A DNA stretch of 64,000 nucleotides from an uncultured Acidobacteriota bacterium. Its GTDB lineage: Bacteria; Acidobacteriota; Thermoanaerobaculia; UBA5066; Gp7-AA6. Every line of letters begins with the position of its first letter. The stretch's first letter is position 1. Below the pieces are notes generated by a model. It saw only the letters and a program-made list of their open reading frames with translations, was not told the DNA's origin and ran no database searches. The position numbers and the translations under genes were made by a program. The DNA is taken from assembly GCA_963710945.1 (NCBI GenBank), contig CAVQCH010000002.1:130264-194263 (forward strand), in the 5' to 3' direction. Below, one piece after another: positions 1 through 9,118 of the stretch.

Positions 1-638
1 CGCCTCCCGCCCGCGCCGAGCTCGACCCGCCGGTCCGGATCCACGAAGTCCCGCTCGTCGTTGGAGGCGAGGACGACGGCGCCGGACCGCCGGGCCGCGG
101 CGACGATGCCGAGGACGACCTCCCGGCCGGGGACGTCGAGGCCCTGCATCGGCTCGTCGAGAAGCAGGATCGGCGGGTCGAAGAGGCGGGCGAAGGCGAT
201 GCGGAGGCGCTGTTTCATTCCCGTCGAGTACTCCTCGACGCGCCGGCGCCTGGCTTCCTCGGCGAGGCCGACCTCGGCCAGGCGGCGCCAGACGTCGTCG
301 CGGCTCGCGCTGAAGCCCGCCGCCTTCCGGAAGAAGACGAGGTTTTCCTCGGCGGTCAGCTCGCCGTAGAGCGCGAGGTCCGGGCCGGACCAGCCGACCG
401 CCAGGCGGCGCTCGGCGGCCGTCAGAGGCGCCGCGCCCCCCGTCCGCTCGACCGTCACCCGGCCCGCCGAGGGCCGCGCGAGGCCGGCCAGGATCTTGAG
501 CAGGGTGGTCTTGCCGCTGCCGTTTCTCCCCGCGATGGCCACGAAGCCCTCGGAAACGGTCAGGGAGACGCCCGAGAAAAGCGCGGCGCCGGAAAAGGAC
601 TTGTCCAGGTTCTCGGCGGCAAGCGTCGTCTTCGGCAC
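1..638 (-). CDS. ccmA: ABC transporter ATP-binding protein, CcmA (heme exporter)-like; runs off the left edge
   Basis: Minus-strand translation from GTG at 638 gives Walker A GRNGSGKT, signature YSTGMKQRL and Walker B LLLDEP. It is short with a single ABC domain, and is divergent from the cox cluster. Not in the ORF track because it is truncated. Confidence 0.65.
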   Translation of the reverse strand, partial: MPKTTLAAENLDKSFSGAALFSGVSLTVSEGFVAIAGRNGSGKTTLLKILAGLARPSAGRVTVERTGGAAPLTAAERRLAVGWSGPDLALYGELTAEENLVFFRKAAGFSASRDDVWRRLAEVGLAEEARRRRVEEYSTGMKQRLRIAFARLFDPPILLLDEPMQGLDVPGREVVLGIVAAARRSGAVVLASNDERDFVDPDRRVELGAGGR

Positions 639-669
639 GGCCGGCGGAACGATACCACCGGCGGATTGC

Positions 670-699
670 TTGAAAAGGCGCTCCGGGCTTCGGTATGAT
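670..699 (+). promoter_or_regulatory. Candidate sigma70 promoter for the lipoprotein/cox operon
   Basis: TTGAAA-N18-TATGAT about 80 nt upstream of ATG 781. Confidence 0.4.
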
Positions 700-780
700 C
701 GCGCGGCTCTCGGGGACTCCGGCGCGCGGTGCGCTGGCGCGCCGGAGCGCTTCTAGAGAACTCACGAAGGAGCTTTTCCG

Positions 781-1590
781 ATGTTGAAGCGCGCTCTCTC
801 CCTGCTCGTCCTGACCTCCACGACCCTCGCCCTTCTCGCCTGCGGCGGGAAGAAGGACGAGGACGCGCTCATGGAAGACGAATCCGCCAAGCCGGCCGCG
901 TCCGGCTCGACGGCCGCCGCCCCGGCCGCGGCGCCCGCCGCCGCCCCCGCCACCGGCGGGGCAACGCTCACCGGCAAGGTGAACTTCGAGGGCACGGCCC
1001 CCACGATGCCAGCCATCAAGATGGACGCCGACGCCTTCTGCAAGTCCGAGCACAAGGAGCCGGTCTACGAGCAGGAGGTCGTCGTCAACCCGAACAAGAC
1101 GCTGCAGTGGGTGCTCGTCTACGTGAAGGAAGGCGTCAACGGGACGTATCCGGTCCCGACCGAGGCGGTGACGCTCGACCAGCACGGCTGCCAGTACCGG
1201 CCGCACGTCTTCGGCATCCAGGCCGGCCAGCCGCTGAAGGTCCTCAACAGCGACGGCACGCTGCACAACATCCACGCCCTGCCCAAGAAGAACGCGGAGT
1301 TCAACATCGGCCAGCCGTTCAAGGGCATGGAGACCGTCAAGAAGTTCGACAGCACGGAGGTGCCGATCCGGTTCAAGTGCGACGTGCACAAGTGGATGGG
1401 CGCGTACACGGGCGTCTTCAATCACCCGTTCTTCGCCGTGACGAACGATCAGGGCGCCTTCGAGATCAAGAATCTGCCGCCGGGCAACTACGTCATCGAG
1501 GCCTGGCACGAGAAGTACGGCACCCAGACGCAGAACGTGACGATCACGGGCAGCGACGCGAAAACGGTCGACTTCAACTTCAAGGGATAG
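781..1590 (+). CDS. Lipoprotein with cupredoxin-like domain and C-terminal carboxypeptidase-regulatory-like domain
   Basis: Lipobox LLAC, Ala/Pro linker, HNIH and CDVHKWM motifs, C-terminal GAFEIKNLPPGNYVIEAWHE. First gene of the cox cluster. Confidence 0.75.
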   Translation: MLKRALSLLVLTSTTLALLACGGKKDEDALMEDESAKPAASGSTAAAPAAAPAAAPATGGATLTGKVNFEGTAPTMPAIKMDADAFCKSEHKEPVYEQEVVVNPNKTLQWVLVYVKEGVNGTYPVPTEAVTLDQHGCQYRPHVFGIQAGQPLKVLNSDGTLHNIHALPKKNAEFNIGQPFKGMETVKKFDSTEVPIRFKCDVHKWMGAYTGVFNHPFFAVTNDQGAFEIKNLPPGNYVIEAWHEKYGTQTQNVTITGSDAKTVDFNFKG

Positions 1591-1609
1591 TCCGATACTC
1601 TACGCGACC

Positions 1610-2425
1610 GTGAACAACAAAATCCGGTTTCCCCGCGCCGCCCGGGCTCTCCGGACGGCGCTTTTCTTTTGCGGCGGCGGCGCTGCTCCCGCACGCCGCG
1701 GCCGCGTGGCCGCGGTGGATGAGCCTGCCCGAGCAGGCCTCGACCTACGCCCCGCAGATCGACTCGGCTGTTCCACCTCATCATGTGGATCACCGGCGTC
1801 ATTTTCGTGGTCGTCGAGCTGATGCTGCTCTTCTTCCTCTGGCGCTACCGGCATCGCGAGGGGCGCGTCGCGCACTACACGCACGGCAACAACCGGCTCG
1901 AGGTGGTCTGGACGATCGTCCCCGCGGTCATCTGCGTGATGCTCGCGCTGCTGTCGCGCCGCCTCTGGGAGGACATCAAGGAGCACATGCCGCACGACGC
2001 CCTGGAGGTCCAGGTCACGGGCGAGCAGTTCGCCTGGAACTTCCGGTACCCGGGGCCCGGACGGCAAGTTCGACACGCCCGACGACATCCTGACGCTCAA
2101 CCAGCTCCACTTCCCGGTCGGCAAGCCCGTGATCGTGATGCTCACGTCCAAGGACGTCATCCACTCCTTCTTCCTGCCGGAGTTCCGCGTCAAGCAGGAC
2201 GCCGTGCCGGGGATGAAGACGCGGATCTGGTTCGAGGGCAACAAGGTCGGCCACTGGGAGATCGCGTGCGCCGAGCTCTGCGGGCTCGGCCACTTCCGGA
2301 TGAAGGGCTTCGTCACGGTGGACACGCCGGAGGACTACGCGAAGTGGCTCGCCGAGCAGGCCGCGGCGCAGGCGGCCGAGCAGAGCCCGCCGGCCGCGTC
2401 GCCGGAAAAGGGGGGAAATTCTTGA
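1610..2425 (+). CDS. coxB: Cytochrome c oxidase subunit II (frameshifted in this assembly)
   Basis: Pieces in ORFs 1610, 1719, 1783 and 2129 join into signal peptide, 2 TM helices and a CuA domain with DVIHSFF...CAELCGLGHFRM. No fused cytochrome c domain. Confidence 0.9.
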
Positions 2426-4203
2426 GCACGGTCGCCAAACCGCGGGAAGTCCACCACGCCGGGGTCCACGCGGCCCCGACCTCCTTCTGGCGCAAGTACG
2501 TCTTCTCGGTCGATCACAAGGTGATCGGCATCCAGTACCTCCTCTACGCGCTCTCGATGCTGGTCGTCGGCGGCCTGCTCGCGACGCTCGTCCGGTACCA
2601 GCTCGCGTGGCCGGGTCGGGCGCTGCCCTTCATGGGCAAGCTCGCGCCGGAGGGCATGCCGGGCGGCCTGATGCTGCCCGAGTACTACAACTCGCTCTTC
2701 ACGATGCACGCGACGATCATGATCTTCTTCGCGATCATGCCGATCCTGATCGGCGCGTTCGGGAACTACGTCGTCCCGATCCAGATCGGCGCCCGCGACA
2801 TGGCCTTCCCGCGGCTCAACATGATGTCCTTCTGGGTGGCGGTGCCGGCCGCGGTGATCATCATCTGGTCGTTCTTCGTGACGGGAGGCGCGGCTGCCGG
2901 CGGCTGGACCTCGTACGCGCCCCTCTCGGCGATCCAGCCCCGCGGACAGACGCTGTGGCTCATCTCGCTGCTGATCCTGGGGCTGTCGTCGCTCTTGACG
3001 GCGGTCAACTTCATCACGACGATCATCAACCTCCGCGCGCCGGGCATGACGTTCTTCCGCCTGCCGCTGACGGTGTGGGCCCTCTTCATCACGGCGCTGC
3101 TGCTGCTGCTGGCGCTGCCGGTCCTGTCGGCCGCGCTGATCATGCTGCTCTTCGACCGCGTCCTCGGGACCACGTTCTTCCTGCCGGCGGGGCTCGTCGT
3201 CTCGGGCCAGCCCTGGACCAACGCCGGCGGCGGGCAGGTCCTCCTGTGGCAGCACCTCTTCTGGTTCTTCGGGCACCCCGAGGTCTACATCATGATCCTG
3301 CCCGCGATGGGCATCACCTCGGAGATCCTGCCCGTCTTCTCGCGCAAGCCGATCTTCGGCTACCGCGCCATGGCCTACTCGATGTGCGGGATCGCGGGCC
3401 TCGGGTTCATCGTCTGGGGCCACCACATGTTCCAGAGCGGCATGAACCCGATCCTCGGCACGACCTTCATGATCTCGACGATGGTCATCGCGGTGCCCTC
3501 GGCCATCAAGACGTTCAACTGGCTGGGGACGCTCTGGGGCGGCAACATCCGCTTCACGACGCCGATGCTGAACGCCCTCTCGTTCGTCTCGATGTTCGTG
3601 ATCGGCGGGCTGTCGGGCGTTTTCATGGCCTCGACCCCGGTGGACATCTTCATCCACGACACGTACTTCATCGTGGGCCACATCCACTACGTGCTCTTCG
3701 GCGGCTCGCTCTTCGGCGCCTTCGCGGGCCTGTACTACTGGTACCCGAAGATGTTCGGCCGGATGATGAGCGAGCGGTGGGGCAAGATCCACTGGGCGAT
3801 CACGTTCGTGACGTTCAACCTGGTCTTCTTCCCGATGCACTTCCTCGGGATGCGCGGGATGCCGCGCCGGATCTACGACTACTCGCAGTACACCCACCTG
3901 AAGGGCCTGCAGCCGATGAACCAGATGATGACGATCTCGCTCTTCGTGCTCGGCGCGGCGCAGATCATCCTGGTGCTCAACTTCTTCCTCTCGCTGCGCC
4001 GCGGCAAGGTCGCGGGTCCGAACCCGTGGCACGCCAACACGCTCGAGTGGCAGACGACCTCGCCGCCGCCCCACGAGAACTTCGTCGGGCGCGTGCCGAC
4101 GGTCTACCGCGGCCCCTACGAGTACAGCGCGCCGGGCCACGGCTCGGATTACTGGCCCCAGAGCGAGGCCCCCGGGCCTTCGGCGGCGAAGACGCATGCC
4201 TGA
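2422..4203 (+). CDS. coxA: Cytochrome c oxidase subunit I, type A1
   Basis: WFFGHPEVY, WGHHMF and HDTYFIVGHIHY motifs. TTG start overlaps the coxB stop. Confidence 0.95.
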   Translation: MSTVAKPREVHHAGVHAAPTSFWRKYVFSVDHKVIGIQYLLYALSMLVVGGLLATLVRYQLAWPGRALPFMGKLAPEGMPGGLMLPEYYNSLFTMHATIMIFFAIMPILIGAFGNYVVPIQIGARDMAFPRLNMMSFWVAVPAAVIIIWSFFVTGGAAAGGWTSYAPLSAIQPRGQTLWLISLLILGLSSLLTAVNFITTIINLRAPGMTFFRLPLTVWALFITALLLLLALPVLSAALIMLLFDRVLGTTFFLPAGLVVSGQPWTNAGGGQVLLWQHLFWFFGHPEVYIMILPAMGITSEILPVFSRKPIFGYRAMAYSMCGIAGLGFIVWGHHMFQSGMNPILGTTFMISTMVIAVPSAIKTFNWLGTLWGGNIRFTTPMLNALSFVSMFVIGGLSGVFMASTPVDIFIHDTYFIVGHIHYVLFGGSLFGAFAGLYYWYPKMFGRMMSERWGKIHWAITFVTFNLVFFPMHFLGMRGMPRRIYDYSQYTHLKGLQPMNQMMTISLFVLGAAQIILVLNFFLSLRRGKVAGPNPWHANTLEWQTTSPPPHENFVGRVPTVYRGPYEYSAPGHGSDYWPQSEAPGPSAAKTHA

Positions 4204-5197
4204 GTCGGCCTTCGGCCGCGCCGGGAGGCCCAACTCGGGCCTGCACCGGTTCGCGGTGCTGACCGCGGCGGCGACGCTCTGCCTCATCGTCGCCGGCGGG
4301 CTGGTGACGTCGACCGAGTCCGGCCTCTCCGTGCCCGACTGGCCGACGACCTACGGGCAGAACATGTTCACGTTCCCGGTGTCGAAGTGGGTCGGCGGCA
4401 TCCGCTTCGAGCATACGCATCGGCTCATCGCCTCGACGGTGGGGCTGCTGACCGTGATCCTGGCGGTCTGGCTCGCGCGGCGCGAGGAGCGGCGCTGGGT
4501 GCGCCGGCTCGGCTACTTCGCCGTCGCGGCCGTCGTCGCCCAGGGCCTGCTCGGCGGCCTGACCGTGATCTTCCTGCTGCCGACGGCGGTCTCGGTGGCC
4601 CACGCGTGCCTGGCGCAGACGTTCTTCTGCCTGACCGTGGCGATCGCCGTCGTCACCGCGCCGCGGTGGAAGGACCGCGAGCCGCAGGACATCCGCGCGG
4701 CCTTCGCCGCGGATCCCGTGGCGCGGACCGCCGCCGTCGCCGCCGGCCTCGTGTTCGCCCAGCTCGTCGTGGGCGCCGTGATGCGCCACACGAAGGCCGG
4801 CCTCGCGATCCCGGACTTCCCGCTCGCCCTCGGGCGCGTCGTGCCGCCGCTGACGTCGTTTGCGGTCGCGATCCACTTCGCGCACCGCGTGATGGCGCTC
4901 GTCGTGGCGGCGTTCGTCGGGATCTCGATCGGGCGGGCCTTCCGGTCCGGCCGCCGGGGCCTGGAGAAGGCGGCCCTCGGCCTCGGGGTCGTCGTGGCGG
5001 CGCAGATCGCGCTGGGCGCCGCGACCGTCCTGACGGGCAAGTCCGTCGTCGTGACGACGGCCCACGTGGCGACGGGCGCGCTGCTGCTCGGTTCGACCCT
5101 CGCCTTCGGAATCTCGTCGCTCGCGGCCGAGCGCCGCCGCGGCAACGTCGTGCCGATTCGTCCGGCCGTGGCCGGGAGGGCCGCCGCGTGGAAGTAG
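4196..5197 (+). CDS. ctaA: Heme A synthase (COX15/CtaA family)
   Basis: GLSVPDWP, FEHTHRLIA and HFAHR motifs, about 8 TM helices, cox operon context. Confidence 0.85.
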   Translation: MPESAFGRAGRPNSGLHRFAVLTAAATLCLIVAGGLVTSTESGLSVPDWPTTYGQNMFTFPVSKWVGGIRFEHTHRLIASTVGLLTVILAVWLARREERRWVRRLGYFAVAAVVAQGLLGGLTVIFLLPTAVSVAHACLAQTFFCLTVAIAVVTAPRWKDREPQDIRAAFAADPVARTAAVAAGLVFAQLVVGAVMRHTKAGLAIPDFPLALGRVVPPLTSFAVAIHFAHRVMALVVAAFVGISIGRAFRSGRRGLEKAALGLGVVVAAQIALGAATVLTGKSVVVTTAHVATGALLLGSTLAFGISSLAAERRRGNVVPIRPAVAGRAAAWK

Positions 5198-6072
5198 CGC
5201 CCGCCACCGGCCTGACCGTCGCGTCCTCGCGCGCGGCCGACTTCGTCGAGCTGACGAAGCCCCGGATCACCACGCTCGTCCTCGTGACGGCTGCCGTCGG
5301 CTACGCCGTCGGCGGGATCGCGCCATTCTCCGGGGCGGCCTTCCTGGTGTTCATGGCCGGGACCGCCCTCTTGTGCGGCGGCGCCTCCGCGCTCAACCAG
5401 TACCTCGAGCGCGACGCGGACGCGCGGATGACGCGCACGAGCCGCCGGCCCCTTCCGGCGGGCCGGGTGACGCCGGCCGAGGCTCTCGCCTTCGGGCTTT
5501 CGATCTCGGCGGTCGGCCTCGTCCTGCTCGCGGCCGTCAACCCGCTGACGCTCGCGCTCGGCGCCGTGTCGCTTCTCTCCTACGTTCTCGCCTACACGCC
5601 CTTGAAGCGCGTGACCTCGCTGTGCACCGTGGTCGGCGCCGTCCCGGGGGCGCTGCCGCCCCTGATGGGCTGGGCGGCCGCGCGGGGGAGCCTGGGGCCG
5701 GCCGGGTGGGGCCTCTTCGGCATCCTGTTTCTGTGGCAGCTGCCGCACTTTCTCGCGATCGGCTGGCTCTACCGCGAGGACTACGCCCGCGGCGGTTTCC
5801 CGATGCTCGCCGTCACCGACGGGGACGGCTCCTCGACGGGACGCCAGGCGGTCCTGTACGCGACGGCGCTGCTCCCGGTCACGCTCGCCGCGGGTCTGCT
5901 CGCGGCGGCGGGGAAGGCGTACCTCTGGGGCGCCCTCGTGCTCGGCGTCGGCTTCCTCGCGTGCGCGCTCGCCTTTCTCGGCAAGCGTTCGACGGCGGCG
6001 GCGCGGCGGCTCTTCCTCGTGTCGGTGCTGTACCTGCCGCTGCTGCTCGGCCTCATGGTGTTCGACCGATGA
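5188..6072 (+). CDS. ctaB: Protoheme IX farnesyltransferase (heme O synthase)
   Basis: LTKPRI, ALNQYLERDADARMTRTSRRPLP and WQLPHFLAIGW motifs. GTG start at 5188. Confidence 0.93.
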   Translation: MEVAPATGLTVASSRAADFVELTKPRITTLVLVTAAVGYAVGGIAPFSGAAFLVFMAGTALLCGGASALNQYLERDADARMTRTSRRPLPAGRVTPAEALAFGLSISAVGLVLLAAVNPLTLALGAVSLLSYVLAYTPLKRVTSLCTVVGAVPGALPPLMGWAAARGSLGPAGWGLFGILFLWQLPHFLAIGWLYREDYARGGFPMLAVTDGDGSSTGRQAVLYATALLPVTLAAGLLAAAGKAYLWGALVLGVGFLACALAFLGKRSTAAARRLFLVSVLYLPLLLGLMVFDR

Positions 6073-6176
6073 GCGCGACCGCCTCGGCCAATCGGCGCCT
6101 GCTCCTGATCCTCGTGGCGATCGGGGTCGGCCTTTTCTTCGGTTCGATCCTGTTCATCATCTCGCGGGCACATTAA
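6069..6176 (+). CDS. 35-aa single-TM small protein (MSATASANRRLLLILVAIGVGLFFGSILFIISRAH)
   Basis: ATGA overlap with the ctaB stop, one clear hydrophobic helix, inside the cox operon. Confidence 0.6.
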   Translation: MSATASANRRLLLILVAIGVGLFFGSILFIISRAH

Positions 6177-6413
6177 CCCGAACTATTCATGATCGACTCC
6201 GACCGCCGCTCCGATCTTTTCCGCCGAATGCTTCGTCAGCCCTCCTCGGCGATGCGCTCCGGCATCGCCGTCGTCGCGCTTCCTCGCCTCGACGAAAAAT
6301 CTCTGTCGCGGACGAGTTACGATGTGGATGCCTCCGCTCCCTTCTGTTTGCGAACGCGCTCGACCCAGAGACGCGCTGGTCTTTCGGCCGGGTGATCATG
6401 AATAATTCGGGTT
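6175..6413. mobile_element. MITE-like element with 20-bp terminal inverted repeats
   Basis: AACCCGAACTATTCATGATC (6175-6194) versus GATCATGAATAATTCGGGTT (6394-6413), 19/20 complementary. Internal hairpin CGGCGATGC-N6-GCATCGCCG. No transposase. Confidence 0.7.
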
Positions 6414-6425
6414 GAGGAGACGCCG

Positions 6426-6746
6426 ATGACGTCCGACGGACACACGATTCCGAACTACATGGCGATCTTCTGGTGGCTCCTGGGCCTGACGATCGTCGAG
6501 ATCGGCTGGGCGATCATGCCTCACCGCTCGGAGCTGATCCTGGCGGGCGGCATCGTGGCCATGGCGGTGATCAAGGCCGTGCTCGTCGCCCTCTACTTCA
6601 TGCACCTGAAGTTCGAGCGCAAGATCATGGGAATCCTGTTCGCCTCGACGCTGATCCTCGGGGCGATCCTGGTGTCGGTCGGCATCGGCGAGCTGCTGCT
6701 CCCGCGGCCGGGCTACCCGCACGGCGCCGTCCACAGCAGCCAGTAG
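6426..6746 (+). CDS. coxD: Cytochrome c oxidase subunit IV family protein
   Basis: 3 TM helices, KAVLVALYFMHLKFE motif, SD GAGGAG. Confidence 0.85.
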   Translation: MTSDGHTIPNYMAIFWWLLGLTIVEIGWAIMPHRSELILAGGIVAMAVIKAVLVALYFMHLKFERKIMGILFASTLILGAILVSVGIGELLLPRPGYPHGAVHSSQ

Positions 6747-6762
6747 GCAGGAAGAGAGAGAC

Positions 6763-7365
6763 ATGGACCACGCGGAAGCGATCACCTTCGACCCCCACGC
6801 CGAGGAAGACCGCACCTCCACCGGCATTCCCCACGACAAGATGGGGATGTGGGTCTTCCTCTGCTCCGAGGTCATGTTCTTCACGGGCCTCATCGGCTCG
6901 TACATCGTCCTGCGGTTCGGCTCGACGTGGCCCGATCCGAAGACGCAGCTGAACATCTGGCTGACGGCGGCGAACACGTTCATCCTCATCTGCTCGTCGG
7001 TCACGATGGTCAAGGCGCTCGAGTGGATCCAGCGGGGCGACGTCCGCAAGATGAAGCTCTTCATGTGCCTGACGCTGCTCGGCGGGTCGATCTTCCTGAG
7101 CGTCCAGGTGTTCGAGTACCGGCACCTGCTCCACGAGGGATTCAACCCGCACGTGTCCCTCTTCGGCTCGACGTTCTACACGATGACGGGCTTCCACGGT
7201 TTCCACGTGTTCTGCGGCGTCGTGTGCATCGCCTGGTGCACGGGAAAGGCCTTCCTCGGCAAGTACACGCCGGAGCACCACCTCGGGATCGAGACGCTCG
7301 GGCTCTACTGGCACTTCGTGGACCTCGTCTGGATCCTGCTGTTCGCGATCGTTTACCTGATCTGA
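6763..7365 (+). CDS. coxC: Cytochrome c oxidase subunit III
   Basis: WVFLCSEVMFF, FYTMTGFHGFHV and LYWHFVDLVW motifs. Confidence 0.95.
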   Translation: MDHAEAITFDPHAEEDRTSTGIPHDKMGMWVFLCSEVMFFTGLIGSYIVLRFGSTWPDPKTQLNIWLTAANTFILICSSVTMVKALEWIQRGDVRKMKLFMCLTLLGGSIFLSVQVFEYRHLLHEGFNPHVSLFGSTFYTMTGFHGFHVFCGVVCIAWCTGKAFLGKYTPEHHLGIETLGLYWHFVDLVWILLFAIVYLI

Positions 7366-7393
7366 CGGGATACGGGATACGGGATACGGGATA
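7366..7393. repeat. Heptamer tandem array (CGGGATA)x4
   Basis: Four perfect copies directly after the coxC stop. Confidence 0.9.
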
Positions 7394-7403
7394 AGACCTT
7401 CCC

Positions 7404-7844
7404 TTGGAAATTACGGATCTCCCGGCCGTCAACGCGACGCTGAACGGCATGTCCGCGGTCCTGCTCGTGCTCGCCTATCGCGCGATCCGGCGCCGCGAGA
7501 TCGAGAGGCACCGGCGGCTCATGCTCGCCGCGGCCGCGGTCTCGATGGTCTTCCTCGCCTGCTACCTGTACTACCACGCGCACGTCGGGTCGGTCCGGTT
7601 CACGGGGCAGGGACCGGTCCGCACCCTCTACTTCACGATCCTGATCTCGCACACGATCCTGGCGGCGGCGATCGTGCCGCTCGTCCTGCGGACCCTGTTC
7701 CTCGGTCTGAAGCGCCGGGACCCGCAGCATCGGCGGATCGCCCGCTGGACGTTCCCGATCTGGCTCTACGTCTCGGTGACCGGCGTCGTGATCTACGCGA
7801 TGCTCTACCAGCTTTACCCCCCCGGGGCGATTCGGGTAAGGTGA
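7404..7844 (+). CDS. DUF420 family membrane protein
   Basis: LPAVNATLN, HRRLML and IWLYVSVTGVVIY motifs. Commonly found with cox operons. Confidence 0.88.
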   Translation: MEITDLPAVNATLNGMSAVLLVLAYRAIRRREIERHRRLMLAAAAVSMVFLACYLYYHAHVGSVRFTGQGPVRTLYFTILISHTILAAAIVPLVLRTLFLGLKRRDPQHRRIARWTFPIWLYVSVTGVVIYAMLYQLYPPGAIRVR

Positions 7845-7849
7845 GGGCG

Positions 7850-8149
7850 ATGAAGACGGCCCTCCGGATCGCCGCCGTGGTCCTGCTCGTCGCAGTCCTC
7901 GTCCCCGCGCTCGCGGCGGCGTGCCCCCTCTGCAAGGAGGCGGCCTCCGACGCGGACAAGCCGGGATCGGGCTCGGGCGGGATGTGGCGGGGGATGTACT
8001 GGTCGATTCTCCTGATGGTGGGGATGCCGTTCGCGATGGTCGGCGGCATGATCTGGATGGTCGTGCGCGAGCGCCGTCGCCGCGAGAAGCTCCTGCCGCG
8101 CCCCGCGCCGCCGCTCGCGTTCCCCGAGTCGAGGGGGGCCCGCCCCTGA
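7850..8149 (+). CDS. Small exported/membrane protein with CPLC motif after the signal peptide
   Basis: Signal peptide, AACPLCK, then one TM helix and a basic tail. Confidence 0.65.
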   Translation: MKTALRIAAVVLLVAVLVPALAAACPLCKEAASDADKPGSGSGGMWRGMYWSILLMVGMPFAMVGGMIWMVVRERRRREKLLPRPAPPLAFPESRGARP

Positions 8150-9108
8150 GGCGCGGGGCGGCGCTCTCGGCCCTCGGGGTTCTCCTCTCCGCCTCGCTCT
8201 CGGCAGGGCCCGGTTCCGTCTCGCAGCTCGCGGCCTCGGCCGAGCTCGATCGCGTGGCGGCCCGCGTCGCCGCCGAGACCGTCGAGGAGTTCGCCGCGCA
8301 GGGCCTCACGGCCGAGGGCATCTCGATCGCCGTCATCGAGCTCACGGGCGCGGCGCCGGGCGCCGCCCTTCGCGCGGGCGCCTATCGCGGCGACGAAAGC
8401 TACTACCCGTGCTCGGTCGTCAAGCTCTGCTTCCTGTCCTACTACGAGGCGCAGAAGGACGCGGGCCGGCTGGCGGACAACCCCGAGCTCGTCCGCGCCG
8501 TGAAGGACATGGTCACGGTCTCCTCGAACGACGCCACGGGCTTCGTCGTGGACTCCATCACCGGCACGACCTCGGGCCCCGAGATCGCCGATCCCGCCGA
8601 GTGGCGGAAGTGGAAGGCGCGCCGCGAGGCCGTCAACGACTGGTACCGCCCGCGCGGCTACACGAACCTGAACGCCGACCAGAAGACCTTCTGCGAAGAC
8701 GCCTACGGGCGCGAGCAGGCCTTTCGCGACGGCGGGAAGAACCGCAACCGGATGACCGCGGTCGAGTCCGCCCGGATCCTCAAGGAGATCGTTCGGGGCG
8801 AGGTCGCCGGCCCCGCCCTGACCGACGAGATGCTGACGCTCCTCTCCCGCTCGACGGGGCCGGACAAACTCGACGAGACGGAGCAGGAGGACGCGCGCCT
8901 GGCCGCCCAGGGCCTGCCGAAGGGCAGCCGGATCTGGGCCAAGTCGGGCGACGCCTTCGATTTCCACCACCTCGTCGCCCGCGTCGTCCTGCCGAACGGC
9001 GCCGAGTTCATCGTCGCCGTCTTCACCAAGGGCGTGAAGGACGTGCCGCAGGTCATCCCGCGCGTCTACGAGAAGGTGGCGGCGTACTTCGCGGCGCCGC
9101 GCTCCTGA
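8146..9108 (+). CDS. Serine hydrolase, class A beta-lactamase-like (start uncertain)
   Basis: SVVK (SxxK), SSN and KSG motifs. Signal-peptide-like stretch follows CTG 8146. Confidence 0.75.
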   Translation: MRRGAALSALGVLLSASLSAGPGSVSQLAASAELDRVAARVAAETVEEFAAQGLTAEGISIAVIELTGAAPGAALRAGAYRGDESYYPCSVVKLCFLSYYEAQKDAGRLADNPELVRAVKDMVTVSSNDATGFVVDSITGTTSGPEIADPAEWRKWKARREAVNDWYRPRGYTNLNADQKTFCEDAYGREQAFRDGGKNRNRMTAVESARILKEIVRGEVAGPALTDEMLTLLSRSTGPDKLDETEQEDARLAAQGLPKGSRIWAKSGDAFDFHHLVARVVLPNGAEFIVAVFTKGVKDVPQVIPRVYEKVAAYFAAPRS

Positions 9109-9118
9109 GGAGGGCCGC

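Noticed and set aside
895-960. GC-rich repeat in the lipoprotein gene
   Set aside because: It encodes an ordinary Ala/Pro linker (AAAPAAAPAAAPA).
1635-1670. Terminator-like hairpin plus T-tract between the lipoprotein gene and coxB
   Set aside because: It lies in the inferred coxB signal-peptide codons (RAARALRTALFF), and one T is probably an indel. An attenuator cannot be excluded but is not supported.
1610-2425. Programmed frameshifting in coxB, mutL, pcnB, speB or kdp genes
   Set aside because: No consistent slippery sites or stimulators. The shifts are numerous and often at homopolymers, matching sequencing error.
2335-4287. Long antisense and alternate-frame ORFs here and elsewhere (for example 11456-13339, 27280-30510, 32954-37996, 35815-39321)
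   Set aside because: Shadow ORFs expected at about 70% GC. Arg/Ala/Gly-rich, no motifs, and they overlap well-supported genes.
7366-7393. CRISPR array interpretation of the short repeats
   Set aside because: Contiguous 7-mers with no spacers, and no cas genes in the window.
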